From Amphiura filiformis (lineage: Eukaryota): a stretch of 64,000 bases of DNA. Both the position numbers and the translations under genes were made by a program. Below, in pieces: positions 13,872 through 25,518 of this stretch (position 1 is the first letter of the stretch; each line of letters starts with the position of its first letter). A model generated the notes under the pieces. That model made no database searches and had not been told where the DNA came from. It worked only from the letters and a program-made list of their open reading frames with translations. The stretch lies in the NCBI RefSeq assembly GCF_039555335.1, contig NC_092633.1:21164334-21228333 (forward strand), in the 5' to 3' direction.

Positions 13872-16800
13872 TGGGTTAGCTATTTACTGCTGATATTGGT
13901 GTTGATGAAGTAGCTTCAAATTGCTGATTGTTGCTGGGATAGCCATCTACTACTGATATTGGTGTTGATGAAGTAGCTTCAAATTGCTGATTGTTGCTGG
14001 GATAGCCATCTACTACTGATATTGGTGTTGATGAAGTAGCTTCAAATTGCTGATTGTTGCTGGGATAGCCATCTACTACTGATATTGGTGTTGATGAAGT
14101 AGCTTCCAATTGTTGATTGTTGCTGGATGAATAGCCATTTGCTGATATTGGTGTTGATGAAGTATAGCTTCCAATTGCTGGTTAGTGCTGGATTAGTTAT
14201 CTACTGATGATATTGGAGTTGATGAAGTAGCTTCCAATTGCTGATTGTTGCTGGGATAGCCATCTACCATGTCTACTGCTGATATTGGTGTTGATGAAGT
14301 ATTTTGTTTGATGTATATAGAATCGGCTTCATTATTAACTAAATGCAAACTATAAATGGCGCTATTTACCCTAAATCATTTTGTTTATTTGCAAGGGGTA
14401 GGTGATTAATACTGCCATTAAAACAGCTAAAATAGGTGAAACAAGCAACAAGGAAAGTTTAGAAACATATTTCATCAAACCATAAAAGGAATTATCTGTA
14501 TTAAAAGCTTGAAAGAGTAATTTCCAGTATAGCGCCACCAATTGTGTCATTAATAGATACATTTTATATCCGAAAAAGCTATAAAAATTCTATAAAAGTG
14601 AGTAATTTTGTAAAAGAGGGGAAATCAAAGTTGACAATGACTCAAAAGCATCTGTATACATTAGCATGATATCACATTTAGCTGTTTAAGCCTACAAATT
14701 GGTTGTACATGATGTTTTGTTTGAAAAAATAATAAATGATCCCATCAAACAATATATAGCTTCCAATTGTATGTTGATTGTTGCTGGGTGAATAGCCATC
14801 TACTGCTGATATTGGTGTTCATGAAGTATAGCTTCCAATTGCTGGTTGGTGCTGGGTTAGCTATGTTCATCAACACCAATATCAGAAGTGGATAGCTACA
14901 TTCGCAACAATCGGGAATAGGCTACTACAGACTTGACATTTAGTATGGAATATTTTTTCGAAAAATATCAAGACTGGTCTGGAAGGGGTCTGCATAAACC
15001 GCACGGGCAAAATATTAATTGGGATGTATCGGGAGATGGTGTAAAATAATTGTTTGATAGAAAATGTGCTTTCCGTGAGTTCACATTATGGTTCTCATAA
15101 TGTGGCAAATCTGCCTAAAATGGCGGATTTATGGAGGCTGAATTTGAGCTTTGTGGGGTACACAATTTCGGACTTAATGCAACATTGTTCTGTTATTATC
15201 AAATGTATAGGGATTTGAGGTGATATTTCCTAAACTTCGTCGGCAATTGGCATTCATCACAGCTGAAATACACTTGCAATGTCCCAATTTTTGAACATGG
15301 AGGAGCTTAAAATATGGCTTTTAAAATTGGTACGTACTCTGAAAGTTTGAATGGACTCCCTGAGGTCAAATGTTATAAACTTAAGGTACAAAACAACTGT
15401 GGTGATTCTTGGTTGTCCAATGAACTCACGCTGTTTCTTTGTGTACAGTAAGTTTATAACATTTGGCCCCAGGGGGCCTTTCAAAATATCTGAGTGCGTG
15501 CCACTTTTCAGAGCCATATTTTTAAGACTCCTCCCACTTTCAACACTGATAGATTACAAGTGCATTTCAGTTCTAACGAACACTTATTGGTATTTAGGTT
15601 CAGTAACTGTCACCTCGAACGTCAATAAATTTAATAATATCAGAATAATGTTGCTCAAATTCAGATATTTTACCCCCACAGAAATCCAATTCAATCTACT
15701 TAAAACCGCCATTTTAGGTTAATTCACTACATTATGAGCGCCATAATGTTAACTAAAGGAAAGCACATTTTATGTCAACAAATTACCCTACACCATCTCC
15801 CGACACACCCCAATTAGTATTTATCCCGTGTGGTTTATGCAGACCCCTTCCAGACCAGTCTTGGAATTTTGCGAAAAAATATTCCATACTAAATGTCAAG
15901 TCTGTATATCATGTATATCAACACCAATATCAGCAGTGTAGATAGCTACCTTCAATAGCGCCATTAAAGCTACTTCATCAACACCAACCAGCAATTGGAA
16001 GCTACTTCATCAACACCAATCAGTAGATAGCTAACCCAGCAGCAATCGGCAATAGGATGCTACTTCTTCAACACAATCAACAGTAGATGGCTAAGGCTTT
16101 TAGAGCCAATGAACAATTGAAAGCTCATTCATATCAACACCAGTACCAATATGAGCAGTGTGTAGCTACCTTAGCGCCAATGACCAATTGAAAGGGACTT
16201 CATCAACACCAACAATCAGCAAAAGGAAGTTACTTCATCAACACCAATATCAGCAGTAGATGGCTAACACAGCAACAATCAGCAACTGGAAGCTACTTCA
16301 TCAACACCAATATCAGTAGTAGATGGCTATCCCAGCAACAATCAGCAACTGGAAGCTACTTTATCAACACCAATATCAGCAGATAGATACCCCAACACCT
16401 GTTAACAATAGGGAGCTACTTCATAAACACCATTGACAGTAGGCAATGGTAGATGGCTAAGGGGTGGTGCAATAATTATGTGTACCCCCGGGGTGGTAAA
16501 TTCTCAAAATGGTCTGCCAAAATGCCCCCCCCTTTGACGTGCCAAAAGCCTTTGCCCCCCCCTTTTGATGTGCCACCCCCCCCTTTACACATGCAACATT
16601 TTGGGGAACCAGAATTTAAAACCTTAAATTTACTTTTTGTATATTTAAACGTGTTCCTAACGTTTTCCTACACCTTTTTAGGGCGTAATAAAGAAACGGT
16701 GCCCAAAATATCTGTTCCAAAAATTGCTTGCCCCCCCCCCCCCTTTCGACCTGCCAAAAATCGCTTGACCCCCCCTTCGATCTGCAAAAAATGCTTGCCC

Positions 16801-16925
16801 CCCCTCCCCTTTTTGGCCTGCCAAAATCTTTGCCCCCTCTATAATTTACCACCCTGGGGTACACATAATTATTGCACTACCCCAGCACCAATCAGCAATA
16901 GGGCTTCACCAACGGATATCAGGTT
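13872..16925. mobile_element. Foldback-like element: inverted arrays of a 63-bp tandem repeat flanking about 500-bp inverted inner arms
   Basis: The left array at 13872-14290, with more units at 14750-14900, is the reverse complement of the right array at 15920-16460 and 16885-16925. The unit is 'ctactgatattggtgttgatgaagtagcttcaaattgctgattgttgctgggatagccat'. Inner arms 14930-15420 and 15430-15920 are inverted, with the centre near 15425. Mirror ORFs 15257-15517(-) and 15351-15722(+) reflect this. Confidence 0.6.
16461..16884. mobile_element. MITE nested inside the right tandem array of the foldback element
   Basis: About 41-bp TIRs: 'GGGGTGGTGCAATAATTATGTGTACCCCCGGGGTGGTAAATT' mirrored by '...AATTTACCACCCTGGGGTACACATAATTATTGCACTACCCC'. 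The interior has (C)7-13 and 'ttttggcag/ctgccaaaa' subrepeats. The foldback tandem repeat resumes immediately after it. Confidence 0.7.
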
Positions 16926-16978
16926 GCCACGACTTTATAATCCCGGGCTTTTTAATCAATAATTTATTTTCAAGTTCT

Positions 16979-18077
16979 AGGGTAGGGTAAATTGGGGTAA
17001 ATGGAACGGTGGGGGTAAATGGAACGCTGAAAATACAATTTCCTCAATCAAGAATAAAATTGGGCAACATCATACCAAGTGTTCCATTTACCCCAACGCC
17101 ATACGTTCTGCTTTTGTTTCATACCCCAAACTTGGGTTTACTCGGTATTTGAGCATGTTGAGTGGAAGAAAATCTCAAATGTTGTCACTGACCATGAAAT
17201 GGTGCTACGATTCGGTGAACATTACTAATTTAAGGGTTTTAATTGATTCCTAAATATTTGAATGTTGTGCTGAGAGTTGTCATACAATAGCGCAATATGT
17301 TTGTTATCTACAATAACATAAATGTTTTAAACAATAAAATATCAGATTTTAATAATGAAATGATGCAAATTAATATGCTAATTAGCTAATTAATTAGTTT
17401 GGTGTTCCATTTACCCCACAACAGGTCCACTTGAGGTAAATGGAACACGGTTGACTGACTTCAAATATCATAATATTAATATTTTTTTACTAATTGGTTT
17501 AAATATTATGAAATTATATACTACAAATAACTAATTCATGGTAGATTTAGGCTCCGTATTGATTTTTAAAAATCTGAAAACCATTTTTGTCTGTTATGTA
17601 CCATAAGAAAGTGTATTTTACGTGGTATTTTACCATGTTTATAAAAAAAAACATGAAAACAAAGTTATTGTTGTTATTCTTTTGTTTAGTCACAAAATAT
17701 ATGTTAAATAAAATATTCTGATGTCTTTTCAATGTAAATATAGCTATGAATGTAGGCTCCTTGCAAGTAATGCCCCTTGTTCCAATTACCCACCCCACTG
17801 TTCCATTTACCCCCAATTTTTGGGGGTAACTGGAACACCATGACCATGTATGTATTTGGACCGAGTATAAGAAATAAAGCATAAAATGGGAGTTTATCTG
17901 TTAAAACAACTTCGTTGTAAAAACATATTATCTACTAATTGAAACAAACAAAAATCATATATGGATAGTATCCATATATGGATACTAGGCCTATATGGAT
18001 CATATATGGAGGATACCCTCCCGACCACAGAAAGTGAATTATTACTTAAGCGTTCCATTTACCCCAATTTACCCTAT
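16979..18077. mobile_element. TIR element of about 1.1 kb (non-autonomous)
   Basis: TIR 'GGGTAGGGTAAATTGGGGTAAATGGAACG' at 16979 is mirrored by 'CGTTCCATTTACCCCAATTTACCCTAT' at 18051-18077. Internal 'gttccatttacccc' hairpins occur near 17395 and 17760. Confidence 0.6.
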
Positions 18078-18520
18078 AGTTCTATGATTTTGCAATAACA
18101 TGTTAATTAAAAAAATATCATTCGCCCTATATATCCTGAAAAAAAAAATCTTGAAGCTATTTGTTTGAGACTATCTTTCCTGGACTATAATCATATGCCG
18201 GGCATGAATGATGACATAATTTGCAAGATATTGCACCACAACTGCGATACTTGCATCAAAGTATTACACAGAGGACATGGAGGATGGAAGTTTCCGGGGA
18301 AGTATGAGTGCTCTGTTGAGGACATTGGCTAGAACTGGATACTTAACATGCATGCTTAAATGCCTATTCAGTGATTTGCTCTGTAGGATCGTTAAAATCG
18401 TCAAAATTCAGCCGAAGAATGAGACATTTTTATGAATCTGTAAATTAGCAACATGTATCCGGGGCTTCAACTCCAATACGGGCTCCAATACTGGCTTGTT
18501 TTTTTGTCATTTTTTTTTTC

Positions 18521-20105
18521 ATTTAAGGGAGTGTTCAGAAATACTTTGGTGGGGGGCTGGAAAATATTTTTTTCATGTCGAAAATTTTTAACCCCCTCTT
18601 CGCGAACCAAAACTTTTTTGACCCCCCCTCTTAATGAACCTAAAACTTTTTTGCCCCCCCCCCCCCTCATATAGGTTCAAAACTATTTTGACCCCCCCCC
18701 ATCATAATGTACCATTCTACTAATTCAATTCTGCTACCAAGTGCAATGAAATTGTACTCATGTCATTGATATAAAATATGTGGAATTGTTGGAAGCTAAA
18801 TGAATGAAATTTGATGTAAAAGTGGATTACATACGCGCGAAGCGTGCAAAAATTTGTACTTTGGGAGCTAAAATGGCCAAATATGAGCTTAATTTGGTCA
18901 GAAACACACATACATCAGGCATCAACATTGGGGGGATGATTGAATGTGCCATCCCCCGGGATCTACGCCTATGTTTATTTTTGTTGCGGCGAAGCGCGCA
19001 AAAACAAGACTATTTTAGCCCAAAATACAGGGGGTAGCCAGTTTTCTTGGTCGGGGGTGAATAAAATTTCGGGGGCACAGACGAGATAATAAATTGCAGT
19101 TGCAAATTATACACAATTATACCGGTTTTGTGTTTTAGAGAGACTGTACATGCATTTGAGCTTCAAAAAAGGCTTTATTGGGACAAAACGTGTGCAAAGA
19201 TTGTGTATTTTGCCCATGATGGGATGAAAATGCCTTTATTGTGACAATGTGTGCACACAGCGTGCAAACATTTTGTATTTTACACTATTTTGGCCCATGA
19301 TCAGGTTGAATTTTATATGGAAATGGAAAAGGGTCTTCTTGCTCCTTTTCTTTGCCCTCCAGATTTTCTCTTTCATTTTTTGTCAGAGGGGTACTTTTCT
19401 CTTTCATTTTTTGTCAGGGGCCCTTCCGCCCCCTGTCTACACTACTGCTGAAATTGTGTGTTATTAAATTGATGGGCCAGTTCGCGTGATCGCGAAGCGC
19501 AAAATGTTGAAATTTTACCCTATTTGGGCCCAAAACATGGCGTTTTTCGATGTGCTAAAAAAAGTTGCACATGGCAATTATTCCTTTATTTTTTCTTTAA
19601 GGATTTTTAGGGGATGTCCCCCATGGAAAAAATTAGGGGGGAGGACGTGTACCCCGGTTCTCCAAGCTTCCTCCTATAATTGTAATGCAACATGATTTAG
19701 TTGTACATGTATATATCAGTGATAATAAATTAATAATCTGTAGGGCCTACTACATGAAACATTATTGTAAAAATTGTCAACACTAAAGAAGAGCAAAGAT
19801 ATTGCAGCTTTTAGTGATCTAAAGAGCTGACCAGAAAGAACTGACACAAACCTCAAAATTAAGTTATAGACGACAATTTTTAACACTGGATCAAATGTAC
19901 TTTTGTTCTGGTTTAACATGGGAACATTTGCGCGCGCAGCGCGGGAAAAATTTTACACCCCCTCGACGTGCCGAAAAACTTTTTAACCCCCCTGTTCATA
20001 CACCCAAAACTTTTTAACCCCCCTATTCAGAACTCCTAAAATTTGTTGACCCCCCTACATATTTTCCAGCCCCCCCACCAGAGTATTTATGAACACTCCC
20101 TAAAA
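18521..20105. mobile_element. TIR element of about 1.6 kb with C-rich subterminal repeats and no transposase ORF
   Basis: 'TTAAGGGAGTGTTCAGAAATACTTTGGTGGGGGGCTGGAAAATAT' at 18521-18570 is the reverse complement of 20055-20105 ('atattttccagcccccccaccagagtatttatgaacactccctaaaa'). Subterminal 'aaaacttttttgaccccccc' repeats appear at both ends. The interior has 'gcgcgaagcg(c/t)gcaaaa' repeats. Confidence 0.65.
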
Positions 20106-20288
20106 AATACTCAATGACAATTTAATGACTTATCCTTCACTTTTGGGCAATTTATAAACAATTTTAATATTTTCACACTTTCTCTTGGATCACTGAATAG
20201 ACCATAGTTAAGCTGCTTGCATTTATCGCATTTATACCGTATTTTGCTCATACATAAATGATTTAGGCCTATACCGGTAATATTAAAT

Positions 20289-21293
20289 AAAGGGTTCACA
20301 AAAAATAACTCCCCCCTTAAAATTACGAAGCATTTCTTTGTATAACTTGACATACTTTTCGTTGATTTGAAAAATTTAAAAACCTGTGAATAAAGGAATT
20401 ATTGTCCTACTCTCCCAAAGTTCTTTTCTTTTTAAATCTGTTTGTTTTGGCCAAAAATAATCACATTTTCCAAAAATGATGCTTTCAGAAAATGTTGCAC
20501 TTTTCCACATCCTATACATGTAATGTACAAAAACATTCTCGATATCAATGTTTTGATTGATTTAATGGTGTTTTTGTTTTCTTTATTTTTCATGTATACG
20601 ATAACCCAGTCACCCATGCAATCATCTTGCAATTTAAAAAAAAATGATTCATTGACATGTACGGGGTATTTCTAGAAGGTTTTATTGAGCCGGGGTTTCA
20701 AAAATGGTAAAATCAATATAAGAATTACAGAATTACAAAACATTTCTGTGCATAACTTGACATTCATTTTGTTGATTTAAAAAATTTAAAAACCTGTGAA
20801 TAAAGGCATCTTTTTGCTACCCTACCAAAGTTATCCCTTCTCAAATTCCTTTGGTTTTGGTAAAAAATAATAACATTTTTCAAAAATGATGCTTTAAAAA
20901 AATTGCACTTTTCAACATCCCATACACGTAATGTACAAAACTTTCTCGATATCAATGTTTAATTGTTTTGTTTTCAATTACCTTTCTGTCTCTGATCCCT
21001 TAGTCACCCATGCAACCATCATGTAATGCAAAATAATGATTCGTTGAAGCTAATTTTGACATAAATGAGGATGATGAATAGTGCAACTTTTTCTAAAAGC
21101 ATCATTTTTGGAAAATGTGATTATTTTTGGCTAAATCAAAAAGATTTTTAGAAGAAAAAACCTTGGGAGGGTAGAAACACGATTCATTAATTCACAGGTT
21201 TGTAATTTTTTCAAATCAACGAAATGCATGTCAAGTTATGCAAAGAAATGTTTCGTAATTTTAAGGGGGAGTTATTTTTTGTGAACCCTTTAT
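20289..21293. mobile_element. TIR element of about 1 kb with an internal direct duplication followed by an inverted copy
   Basis: Left end 'aaagggttcacaaaaaataactccccccttaaaattacgaagcatttctttgtataacttgacat' is the reverse complement of the right end at 21230-21293. Units 20290-20640 and 20720-21050 are direct repeats, and 21060-21290 is inverted. Confidence 0.6.
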
Positions 21294-21355
21294 AAGGTCA
21301 TATAAAAAATAATTCGTTTCAAGTCCGCTTCCCTCCACACTTTCTGAGATCATTA

Positions 21356-21627
21356 GGGACCGTTCACAAACACTTGTTAGGGGGGCTGGTGATGCAAAAA
21401 GGGGGCCTGACAATTTTTGACCCTCCTAAGGGGGGGCCTGAAAAAAATAACCACAAATTTTCCTAAGAAAATTGAGTTTATATGATTTTCTATGTCGTTG
21501 ACCCATAATTTTCATGTCAAAAAGGGGGGGCTGAAATTTTTGAGGTCTGTAAAGGGGGCCCCGAAAAATTTTTGCGATGAAATTTTTTTGCATCAGCCCC
21601 CCCTTACAAGTGTTTGTGAACGGTCCC
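21356..21627. mobile_element. MITE (PIF/Harbinger-like, Tourist-type): TIR GGGACCGTTCACAAACACTTGT with a 3-bp TTA TSD
   Basis: The flanks read 'gatcaTTA|GGGACCGTTCAC...GTGAACGGTCCC|TTAggcc'. A second copy sits in MVP intron 4 at 32958-33241, flanked 'catgTTA|GGAACC...GGTCCC|TTAacatt'. Confidence 0.7.
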
Positions 21628-21979
21628 TTAGGCCTATATTAAATTTTAAAATCATTAAATTTAATATGAAATAAAAATATTAACCGATCCCAGAAAGTGA
21701 GGAGGGAGGTGGCCGGGACGTGAAACGAATTATATTTTATGTGGCCGCCACATAAAAAATATTTAAAAATGGCCTAAATATTTCTTGTGTGAGAATTATT
21801 TTACAAAATTCCCCTATCTTTTTTTTTTTTTTTTTTTTTTTGTCTTCTCCTTCTTCTTCATTTTTGTTTTGATGATCTGAACAGAAATCTGTAGAATGTT
21901 TTTATTCCGTCGCTTACTTTGGCAATCAAACCCCTGACGTGTATGATGTTTTTGGGTAAATTTTGCACAAACAAGCAAA

Positions 21980-22110
21980 TTGATGTCATCGTCGGGGATG
22001 AGAGGTCATGTCTAAAAATAATCTATTACGTCAAAATTCTGGCTGCTGATTGGTTGATTAGGTAGGTGTTGCACCACCACACTGTAACTGCACAACCAGG
22101 AAGTACGTAA
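21980..22110 (+). promoter_or_regulatory. MVP: Putative TATA-less MVP promoter: two inverted CCAAT boxes (ATTGG) plus an ETS-like CAGGAAGT
   Basis: 'ctggctgctgATTGGttgATTAGGtagg' lies near 22045-22068 and 'aacCAGGAAGTacg' near 22095. No TATA is seen. It sits about 90-150 bp upstream of the first donor at 22190. Confidence 0.4.
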
Positions 22111-22190
22111 TATACACATACCACTGGTACAAATACTAGTACATTGCATCGTCCCTGGATCTGTATCAGTGAAGCCAGAGCAGAGAACAG
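22080..22190 (+). other. MVP: Probable non-coding first exon (5'UTR) of MVP. The 5' end is uncertain and the donor is at 22190/22191.
   Basis: 'cagagaacag|gtaagaattg' is a consensus donor. The next acceptor, 'ctattttttatcacag|aatataatcagaATGG', lies 800 bp downstream and directly precedes the start codon. Confidence 0.35.
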
Positions 22191-23002
22191 GTAAGAATTG
22201 ACGCTATTTTGTTCTATTCTACTATGTACAAGTATAGAGAAAATGCTTTGCATGCCATTGAAACACATAGAATGTTAATTGTAATACAAATAAAGCATTC
22301 ATTGATAGCATTCACTCATTCAATACATGAAATTGTACAGTACATGGTAGTCACCAGTCAGTCCATTGTAAAATTGTATTGATTGTCACAGTCCTTTCAC
22401 ATCTTTCATGCATGCATGTACTGTACAATGTAGTATGTTCCACACAGCAAATACAATATATCCCCAGTTTATTGTATCTCATACTCATATGAAATGAAAT
22501 GAGCTGTACCCGGGCTGTGTACCTACGTACGTACATAACATGTCATGCATGTACAAGCAAAAAAAATCTACTCTCACATCCCTGGTACAATGTATGTACT
22601 GTGGTACAAGTAAATTGAAGACCGAATTAAAAAGACTAGTTTGCAAATGATGTTTGAACATACTGCACAGGTCAGCAACGAATCTCATCACACCATTGCC
22701 CTGACGCTGGAAAACTCCATACATTTGATGTTCTGTATTCCGAAGTTGCTCAGGCTGATAGCCTCACATTTGAGGCTATAGAGACCATGTAAAGCAATGG
22801 AAGTTCAGAAGTAAACACAGCCAATATGGGTGATCGCATCAAAAATGTTGCTAAAACACAATTACAGTGCCACCCCTTGCAAGTTGCACAAATGCAAAAT
22901 TGCCATATTAAATCACATTCGTATGTACATTTTGTAACACAAATAATAATGTATATCGAATCTTTCCATCTTACCTATTTTTTATCACAGAATATAATCA
23001 GA

Positions 23003-23151
23003 ATGGATCGAAGCAAGCGTGGTGGTAGTCCATCGGACGAGTCCATTTATAGGATTCCTCCATACTTCTATCTCCATGTGTTGGACCAGAACTCAAATGT
23101 CACCAAAGTTGAGCTGGGTCCAAAAACCTACATCAGACAGGACCATGAGAG
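23003..23151 (+). CDS. MVP: MVP coding exon 1 (ATG at 23003; [49 protein letters not shown]+AG)
   Basis: Start context 'atcagaATGG' fits Kozak. The donor is 'GAGAG|gtaggt', leaving an exon end at phase 2. Position is anchored to ORF 22826-23155. Confidence 0.88.
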
Positions 23152-24180
23152 GTAGGTTTCATTTTAAAACGTAATCAACACAATTATCTAAATTTGCTTT
23201 TTTTTAAAATAAAACCGCCTTGCCATTGCCTTGTGGGCAAGGGTTTCTTATCATACTCACATTTGAGCCAAATAAAATTAATTGATAATTTTGAGAAACA
23301 AGTCTTGAATATTATTTCACCTGATCTTGCCAAGAATTGATCAGCGTAAAATTAATTTTAAACAAAATATTGTAATCAATTCATCTGGATTTACGCTATT
23401 TGATGGCTGTGGTATGATTGGTATCAGGTCTCATCCACGATGCATCATCCGGCTGAAACTATTGACCTGTGACAAATAAAGTTGAATTGACAGCAAACAT
23501 ACTGCTTTGAAAGAGGGGTCAAGGAGGCCATAATATGTTTGGGAGGACTCAACCAAGGAGGGGCACTTGGCCATAATCTTTCCAGGACACATGACGTAGC
23601 CATCAAAAAAGTTACTTGTCGATTCTCCCATGTCATTGATTGATTCAAATAATTTGTTCAGTTTTATATATGTGACACGATCTGGTCCAAGGGGGCCAAA
23701 GGAGGCATTTTTGAAAATTGAGTTACTGTAATTATTATATTATACATACAATGCTATCATTTACTGAAAACACCTAAGGTCTAGCATACTTGGTTCTAAA
23801 GTTATGAAGTTTTTTGATGTCTATTTCCTTATGTATTTTATTGTTTTTTACTCCATATTTTTACCTTCATCTCAGTTTCAAATTTGCCGCCTTTGGCCCC
23901 CATGGACCAGATCATGTCACATATAGATCCACCAGGATGATTCAGAACACTCCCTGGATATGATAATGCCAAATGTTTCTTTAGGTTTACCGTTTGAAAT
24001 ATCTACATAAGAATCATATAATTGTCTATTTTATGTAGTTTATTAATAACTCGGAGAGCAGCAGCATCTCGAAGCTGAGAAGTGGCTTGGAAGTGCCATA
24101 GCACCGCCATGCAATAAAGTAGTACAAAAGACTATGCATAATAAAATAGTGCAATAATATCACACCGTTTATACACTGTA

Positions 24181-24446
24181 TTTTGGCCAGGGGTAGCATT
24201 AAGGCCAGAAAGTCAGGGGTTGTTTTCCCATGTTTTTCACTGCCCAGCTTGCAGAAAATCCAAACACATGGGGTGAAAATTAAATCTCGGGGGTGAAAAA
24301 TATTTTGCAGTGTAGTCAGGGGTCCAAGAGTAGAGGGTCAGAGTTCACCCCCGACCTTGCACATATTCCCAATATAGAGGGTGAAAAATTAATATTTTTT
24401 AAATTTATGGGGTCATTCACCTCTACCCCTGATTTTGGCAAGCCCT
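24181..24446. mobile_element. MITE in MVP intron 1
   Basis: TIR 'TTTTGGCCAGGGGTAG...' is mirrored by '...CTACCCCTGATTTTGGCAAG'. Confidence 0.5.
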
Positions 24447-24522
24447 TCTTAATTTTAATAAATTTGAGAATTTTCTAATCGGGTTCAACCTGATAATTGT
24501 TTATTAATCCATTCTACAATAG

Positions 24523-24718
24523 AGTCATCTTTGGTCCAGAGAAGATGATTATGGTCCCACCACGACACTACTGCATCGTAGAAAACCCAGCACAGAGAGG
24601 TGAAGGTGGTGAAGTTATCGTGGATAAATTGGGCCAAGTAAAACTCAGTCATGCTGACCAAGAAATCAGACTAGCACAGGAACCATTCCCCTTATACCCT
24701 GGTGAAGTACTGAAACAG
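24523..24718 (+). CDS. MVP: MVP exon 2 ((R)[65 protein letters not shown])
   Basis: Acceptor 'ctacaatag|A' completes the AGA codon from exon 1. Donor is 'AAACAG|gtaagagc'. Position is anchored to ORF 24497-24811. Confidence 0.9.
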
Positions 24719-24774
24719 GTAAGAGCATATAGTTGTAGTTGCATGTATTGGTTTCCTGTACCTTGGTGCCAACC

Positions 24775-25150
24775 CCAGAACCCCGGGGGGGGGGGTTCTC
24801 AGTACAAATGACCATACGGGGACGTGCCGCAAATATGGGTAGCATTTTCATCCTTTTGGTATATCAATGGCCCCTTTTTCAAAGCCTATTTTGGTATATA
24901 AATGGGTCCTTTTTTCAAAATTGTCTCAATTTTTTCGGAAAATAGCCCAATTTTTCCTTAATTTAGCCAAAATTTTCCCAAAATTTGTAAAAACTAAGAC
25001 AATTTGGGTTAATTTGGCCAAAAATTTTGACTTTTGGTATATAAATGGGTCCAAATTTCTTGAAAAATTGGTATATTTATGGGTCCACTTTGAAATTCTC
25101 AGCGGCACGTCCCTACCAAAACCAAACTTGAGTACCCCCCCCCGGGCCCA
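24775..25150. mobile_element. MITE about 57 bp downstream of the MVP exon-2 donor (intron 2)
   Basis: TIR 'CCCCGGGGGGGGGGGTTCTCAGTACAAATGACCATACGGGGACGTGCCGC' is mirrored by 'GCGGCACGTCCCTACCAAAACCAAACTTGAGTACCCCCCCCCCGGGCCC'. The interior is T-rich with 'ttttggtatataaatgggtcc' subrepeats. Confidence 0.65.
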
Positions 25151-25518
25151 GAACTCTTAATATCATAGTTTTTGTCAAAGCCCTTCCCAAGTTGAAAGCC
25201 TTTTTTACTTGTGCAACAAGCTTTTTGTATACCGTACCACCTTTTCATCTCTCAAAGAGGTTTCACTGCAGTTAAGATGAAGAATTTCATTGAGATTTAC
25301 AATTTAGGCTGTTTTGATGTCTGGCGATGTCAGATGTGAGTTTTTTGTGTGGTGGATTTGGAAAAAAATAAAACAGTGAAAAAAAACCCCAGAAATTTAC
25401 TCAATCCAGCAGGAATAATGCGCAACAAGGCGCCAATTTTACGATGTGTGCTGGGGCTTTGAGACAAACTAATAAATCAAGATGGTCTAACTCTAATACT
25501 TACAAGAAAATAATACTA

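Noticed and set aside
13876-14109. Minus-strand ORF with a 21-aa periodic peptide (EATSSTPISVVDGYPSNNQQF)n
   Set aside because: It is a translation of the 63-bp tandem repeat of the foldback arm. No start context or flanking exon structure is present.
15257-15722. Mirror-image ORFs on both strands (86 aa and 123 aa)
   Set aside because: They span the centre of the palindrome and are the same sequence read on both strands, so they are artefacts.
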